Shown piece by piece: positions 26,420 through 29,598 of a stretch of 29,598 nt of DNA (its first letter is position 1; the number at the start of each line of letters is the position of its first letter). A program made the translations under genes and the position numbers. A model generated the notes under the pieces. It ran no database searches. It was not told the origin of the DNA and worked only from the letters and a program-made list of their open reading frames with translations. Source of the stretch: a virus (lineage: Duplodnaviria; Caudoviricetes); IMG/VR virus record IMGVR_UViG_3300017949_000039, positions 1 to 29,598 of that record; one strand, 5' to 3'.

Positions 26420-26425
26420 TATTTA
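26420..26425 (-). promoter_or_regulatory. Late promoter core TAAATA, 5 nt before ATG 26414 (leaderless)
   Basis: The minus strand reads GTAAATA-TATGC-ATG. Confidence 0.55.
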
Positions 26426-26483
26426 CACCTTTTTGTCCCCTTTATATTATTGGTCTTAAAGCGCCTTTTTTGAGTGAAACAAC

Positions 26484-26489
26484 TAAATA
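26484..26489 (+). promoter_or_regulatory. Late promoter core TAAATA upstream of the tail sheath gene
   Basis: CTAAATA 64 nt before ATG 26554; AGGAG SD at 26541-26545. Confidence 0.6.
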
Positions 26490-26500
26490 CAGTATAACAT

Positions 26501-26514
26501 ACATTACGTAATGT
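26501..26514. repeat. Perfect 14-bp palindrome ACATTACGTAATGT in the sheath leader
   Basis: Self reverse-complementary; ATACATTAC also recurs directly at 26499-26507 and 26531-26539. Confidence 0.8.
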
Positions 26515-26553
26515 TTTGAAAAAAGAGTTTATACATTACCAGGAGATAAAGGA

Positions 26554-29500
26554 ATGGCACTTACATCACCCGGCGTAGAAGTTACGGTAATTGATGAGAG
26601 TTTTTATACACCCGCTGAACCGGGTACTACTCCATTAATTGTTGTAGCAACAGCCCAAGACAAAACAAATGCCGCAGGCACAGGGGTTGCTTCTGCAACT
26701 ACGGCGGCGAATGCAGGATCTGCATTCAAAGTGACGAGTCAGAAAGAATTAGTAGATCTTTTTGGAGTACCGAACTTCGAAAAGACAGCGAGCAATACAC
26801 CTATTCATGGTAGCGAACTAAATGAATATGGTCTATTAGCAGCATACAGTTTATTAGGAGTATCCAACGCGGCTTTTGTAGTTAGAGCAAACGTTGATAT
26901 GTCCCAATTATCAGGAACTTCAGAGGCTCCGGGAGCGAATCCAGAAGACGGAACATGGTGGGTTGACACCGGCTCCACTACATGGGGTATTCAAGAATGG
27001 AACAGTGCTGCAATTAGCACAACAGGTGGACAGAAGTTTGCAAACAAACTGCCTATCGTTTTAACAGACGACGACGCAGCCAAAGTTTCAAGCAATGCTC
27101 CATTAGGTTCAGTTGGTTCAATTGGCGACTACGCAGTTGTATTTGAAACAGTTGGAACAGCAGCAACAGGAACATTTACATTCTCCAAAGAAGCAGCAAG
27201 AATGTACTACAAATCCTCAGGTAACACAGCGGCAGGAGTTGCAGCAGGTGATTGGGTACTAGTTGGTTCAGCAAATTGGAGAGCAAGCCATCCTACAATT
27301 ATCTCAGCTCAATTAACAAGTTCTAAAATCACAGCAGCAGCAGGTAACTTTACTATCAATGGTACTACAGTTACTATTACTAGCGGTGATACAGTTGATG
27401 AAATTGTAAGTCAAATTAATGGTTATGGTATTACAGGTGTTACTGCTAAGAATGTTAATTCGACAGTTAGAATTTACACAGATGGTACATCAAACTCTAA
27501 TGCAAACACAATTACAATCGGTGCAGGTACAGCAGATTTAACAGAATTAGAAATCAGTGCTGCTACTTACAAAGGCCCAGACTTATATCAAAACCCACAC
27601 ACACTTGTTCCACAATGGAAAGGTACACCGGGTACAGATGTAAATGCAAGACCAACAGGCTCTGTATGGATCAAAACAACAGAACCAAATAACGGCGCAC
27701 GCTGGAGAGCAAAGAGATGGGATTCTGCAACAGAAACTTGGGTTGCTAAAGACGCACCATTATATGCAACAGGACACTCTGCAATTTATTCATTAGATAG
27801 AAGCGGAGCAGGTGCCAATCTTCCTGTTGATAGTTTATTTGTTCAAACAAATGCTTTTGAGCACAGCCTATACGATGATTCACCAGCAACAGCAGTGTTC
27901 CGTGTATGGCGCAGAGCTGCTACAGGCAATACAACAATTAAGTCAGCAGTTGTTGCAACTCAACTTACAGCAGATGATTACTCCTTTGAAATTGAAGAGT
28001 CCATTCTAAATCAGGAAGCACTTAACAGTCCAGTAAGAGTAACATTTACGAGTTCTGGTTTAAGCTCAGATGCTAATACAATGGCAGCGGCTATTAACGC
28101 AGCAGGACTTACTAATATTGTTGCAGCGGTAACAGCAAATAATGAAATCACAATTTCACACAAGACAGGTGGTGAGTTTAGAATGCGTGATGTTGGTAGA
28201 GATGCAGTTAGTGCATTGTTTACACCATACAACATTGATACAGCAACGGGAACTGCTAACTTCTATAACTTATCAGATGCTTCATTAAGTGCTGGTCAAA
28301 GTCAATTAGCACCAGGTGTTGATGACTCAACTGCTGAGAATAGATACCTTGCTTCTAACTGGCAACCACTTTCAGCAAGTGATTTTTATGCTAGTTCAAA
28401 TAATCCAGAAGCAGAACCAGCAGATGGACAACTTTGGTACAATCCAGAATTTTCAGATGTGGACATTATGATCCATGATGGAACAACTTGGGTTGGTTAC
28501 AGAAGTACATCAAGTCCATATGTTGAAGCGGCTAGCGATAGAGTTGGTTACACACCAATTGTTGCTGCATCAAATCCATATGTTCAAGGAACTACAGTAA
28601 CTGGAGACCTTTGGATTTCAACAGCAGATATTGAAAACTATCCAACAATTTACAAGTATGACAGCAGCCAATCAGGACCACAGTCAGAGAGATGGGTATT
28701 AGTTGATAAGACCGATCAAACTACTGAAGATGGTATCCTGTTTGCAGATGCACGTTATGGTTCAACAGGTGCTACTGGTAACACAGCAGCAACTATCAAG
28801 GATTTAATGAAGGTAGATTACTTAGATCCAGATGCGCCAGACCCTGCATTGTATCCACAAAACATGCTGCTATGGAACTTGCGTAGAAGTGGCGGTAACG
28901 TTAAGCGTTATGCTAACAACTACATTGACACAACAGCAGACAACCAACGCTTTAACAACGACGAAGCAATGGGTGATTATGCAACTGATCGTTGGGTTAC
29001 TGAATCAGGTAACAACGAAGACGGTTCAGGATCATTCGGAAGAAAAGCACAGCGCAAAGTTGTTGTACAAAGAATGAAGAGCGTTGTTGATACAAGCACA
29101 CAGATACGTGATGAAGAAAGACGTAACTTTAACATCATTGCTGCACCGGGTTATCCAGAATTGATGAGTAACCTAGTTAATCTTAACATTGACAGAGGCT
29201 TAACAGCATTTGTTATTGGTGACACACCATTGAGATTAGCAGCAGACGCAACCACATTAACTAATTGGGGTTCGAATGCAGCACTAGTTACTGACAACAG
29301 TGATAACGGGTTAGTAACATACGATGAATACTTAGGTACTTTCTATCCAAACGGATTTACAACTGACCTAAGCGGATCAAATGCGGTTGTTCCAAGTTCA
29401 CACATGATGATGAGAACGATTGCACTAAGTGATCAAGTTTCGTTTCCATGGTTTGCACCAGCAGGTACAAGACGTGGTGGAATTTCAAACGCTACAGCAG

Positions 29501-29598
29501 TAGGATACATTGATGCTGCAACTGGCGAATTCCAAACTGTAGCGTTGAACGAAGGTCAAAGGGATACGTTGTATGATCTAAAGATTAACCCAATTACA
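26554..29598 (+). CDS. gp18: Contractile tail sheath protein (T4 gp18-like), 3' truncated, >1015 aa
   Basis: Absent from the ORF track because it has no stop in the window. It starts MALTSPGVEVTVIDES and later reads FNIIAAPGYPEL, PWFAPAGTRRG and RDTLYDLKINPIT, all in the same frame. Confidence 0.93.
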   Translation, partial: MALTSPGVEVTVIDESFYTPAEPGTTPLIVVATAQDKTNAAGTGVASATTAANAGSAFKVTSQKELVDLFGVPNFEKTASNTPIHGSELNEYGLLAAYSLLGVSNAAFVVRANVDMSQLSGTSEAPGANPEDGTWWVDTGSTTWGIQEWNSAAISTTGGQKFANKLPIVLTDDDAAKVSSNAPLGSVGSIGDYAVVFETVGTAATGTFTFSKEAARMYYKSSGNTAAGVAAGDWVLVGSANWRASHPTIISAQLTSSKITAAAGNFTINGTTVTITSGDTVDEIVSQINGYGITGVTAKNVNSTVRIYTDGTSNSNANTITIGAGTADLTELEISAATYKGPDLYQNPHTLVPQWKGTPGTDVNARPTGSVWIKTTEPNNGARWRAKRWDSATETWVAKDAPLYATGHSAIYSLDRSGAGANLPVDSLFVQTNAFEHSLYDDSPATAVFRVWRRAATGNTTIKSAVVATQLTADDYSFEIEESILNQEALNSPVRVTFTSSGLSSDANTMAAAINAAGLTNIVAAVTANNEITISHKTGGEFRMRDVGRDAVSALFTPYNIDTATGTANFYNLSDASLSAGQSQLAPGVDDSTAENRYLASNWQPLSASDFYASSNNPEAEPADGQLWYNPEFSDVDIMIHDGTTWVGYRSTSSPYVEAASDRVGYTPIVAASNPYVQGTTVTGDLWISTADIENYPTIYKYDSSQSGPQSERWVLVDKTDQTTEDGILFADARYGSTGATGNTAATIKDLMKVDYLDPDAPDPALYPQNMLLWNLRRSGGNVKRYANNYIDTTADNQRFNNDEAMGDYATDRWVTESGNNEDGSGSFGRKAQRKVVVQRMKSVVDTSTQIRDEERRNFNIIAAPGYPELMSNLVNLNIDRGLTAFVIGDTPLRLAADATTLTNWGSNAALVTDNSDNGLVTYDEYLGTFYPNGFTTDLSGSNAVVPSSHMMMRTIALSDQVSFPWFAPAGTRRGGISNATAVGYIDAATGEFQTVALNEGQRDTLYDLKINPIT

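Larger units (their letters stand above)
1..29598. other. Segment of a large T4-like myovirus (possibly jumbo) phage genome, morphogenesis region
   Basis: Contains recognisable gp13/gp14 neck, gp15 tail completion, gp18 sheath and gp1-like dNMP kinase genes, T4 late-promoter-like TAAATA elements and dense gene packing. No host housekeeping genes or integrase are seen. Confidence 0.95.

Noticed and set aside
337-28332. DST motif as the Bacteroidota D-(S/T)-x O-glycosylation sequon used by host machinery
   Set aside because: That system acts on exported proteins, whereas virions assemble in the cytoplasm, and the GGAG SD and sigma70 consensus signals argue against a Bacteroidota host. The motif itself is kept as a finding.
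1-29598. Alternative genetic code (stop-codon reassignment seen in some large phages)
   Set aside because: Genes are full length and densely packed in the standard code; TAA, TAG (2397, 18959) and TGA (13143, 15560) all terminate genes at sensible positions.
1-29598. CRISPR array, tRNA, rRNA, IS element or intron
   Set aside because: Intergenic gaps are all under about 140 nt and show no regularly spaced repeats, cloverleaf or transposase; no interrupted genes were seen.

Overview
This window is a segment of a large T4-like (myovirus) phage genome, almost fully coding in the standard genetic code, from the virion morphogenesis region. Left: two paralogous giant repeat-rich virion/fibre proteins (the first is cut off by the window edge), two small structural proteins and a polyglycine-rich adhesin-like protein. 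Middle (12.5-19.3 kb): an enzyme cassette with four 2OG-Fe(II) oxygenases, one flavin-dependent tryptophan-halogenase-family enzyme, two related 'CP-motif' unknown proteins and a pair of paralogous unknown proteins, apparently driven by T4-type late promoter elements. Right: a fibre-like protein ending in a putative type-1 copper (cupredoxin) site, a degenerate Nudix protein, gp15, gp14 and gp13 (gp13 divergent from gp14-gp15), two small basic proteins (one with an N-terminus resembling the T4 capsid-targeting sequence), a dNMP kinase with a consensus sigma70 promoter, a Zn-finger/HNH-like protein and a >1015-aa tail sheath that runs off the window and is missing from the ORF track. The main hypotheses are a late-expressed virion-tailoring (hydroxylation/halogenation) system, widespread leaderless late transcripts (TAAATA-N5-ATG) and a recurrent DST loop motif in virion proteins. 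Family assignments come from motif recognition by eye; no database searches were run.
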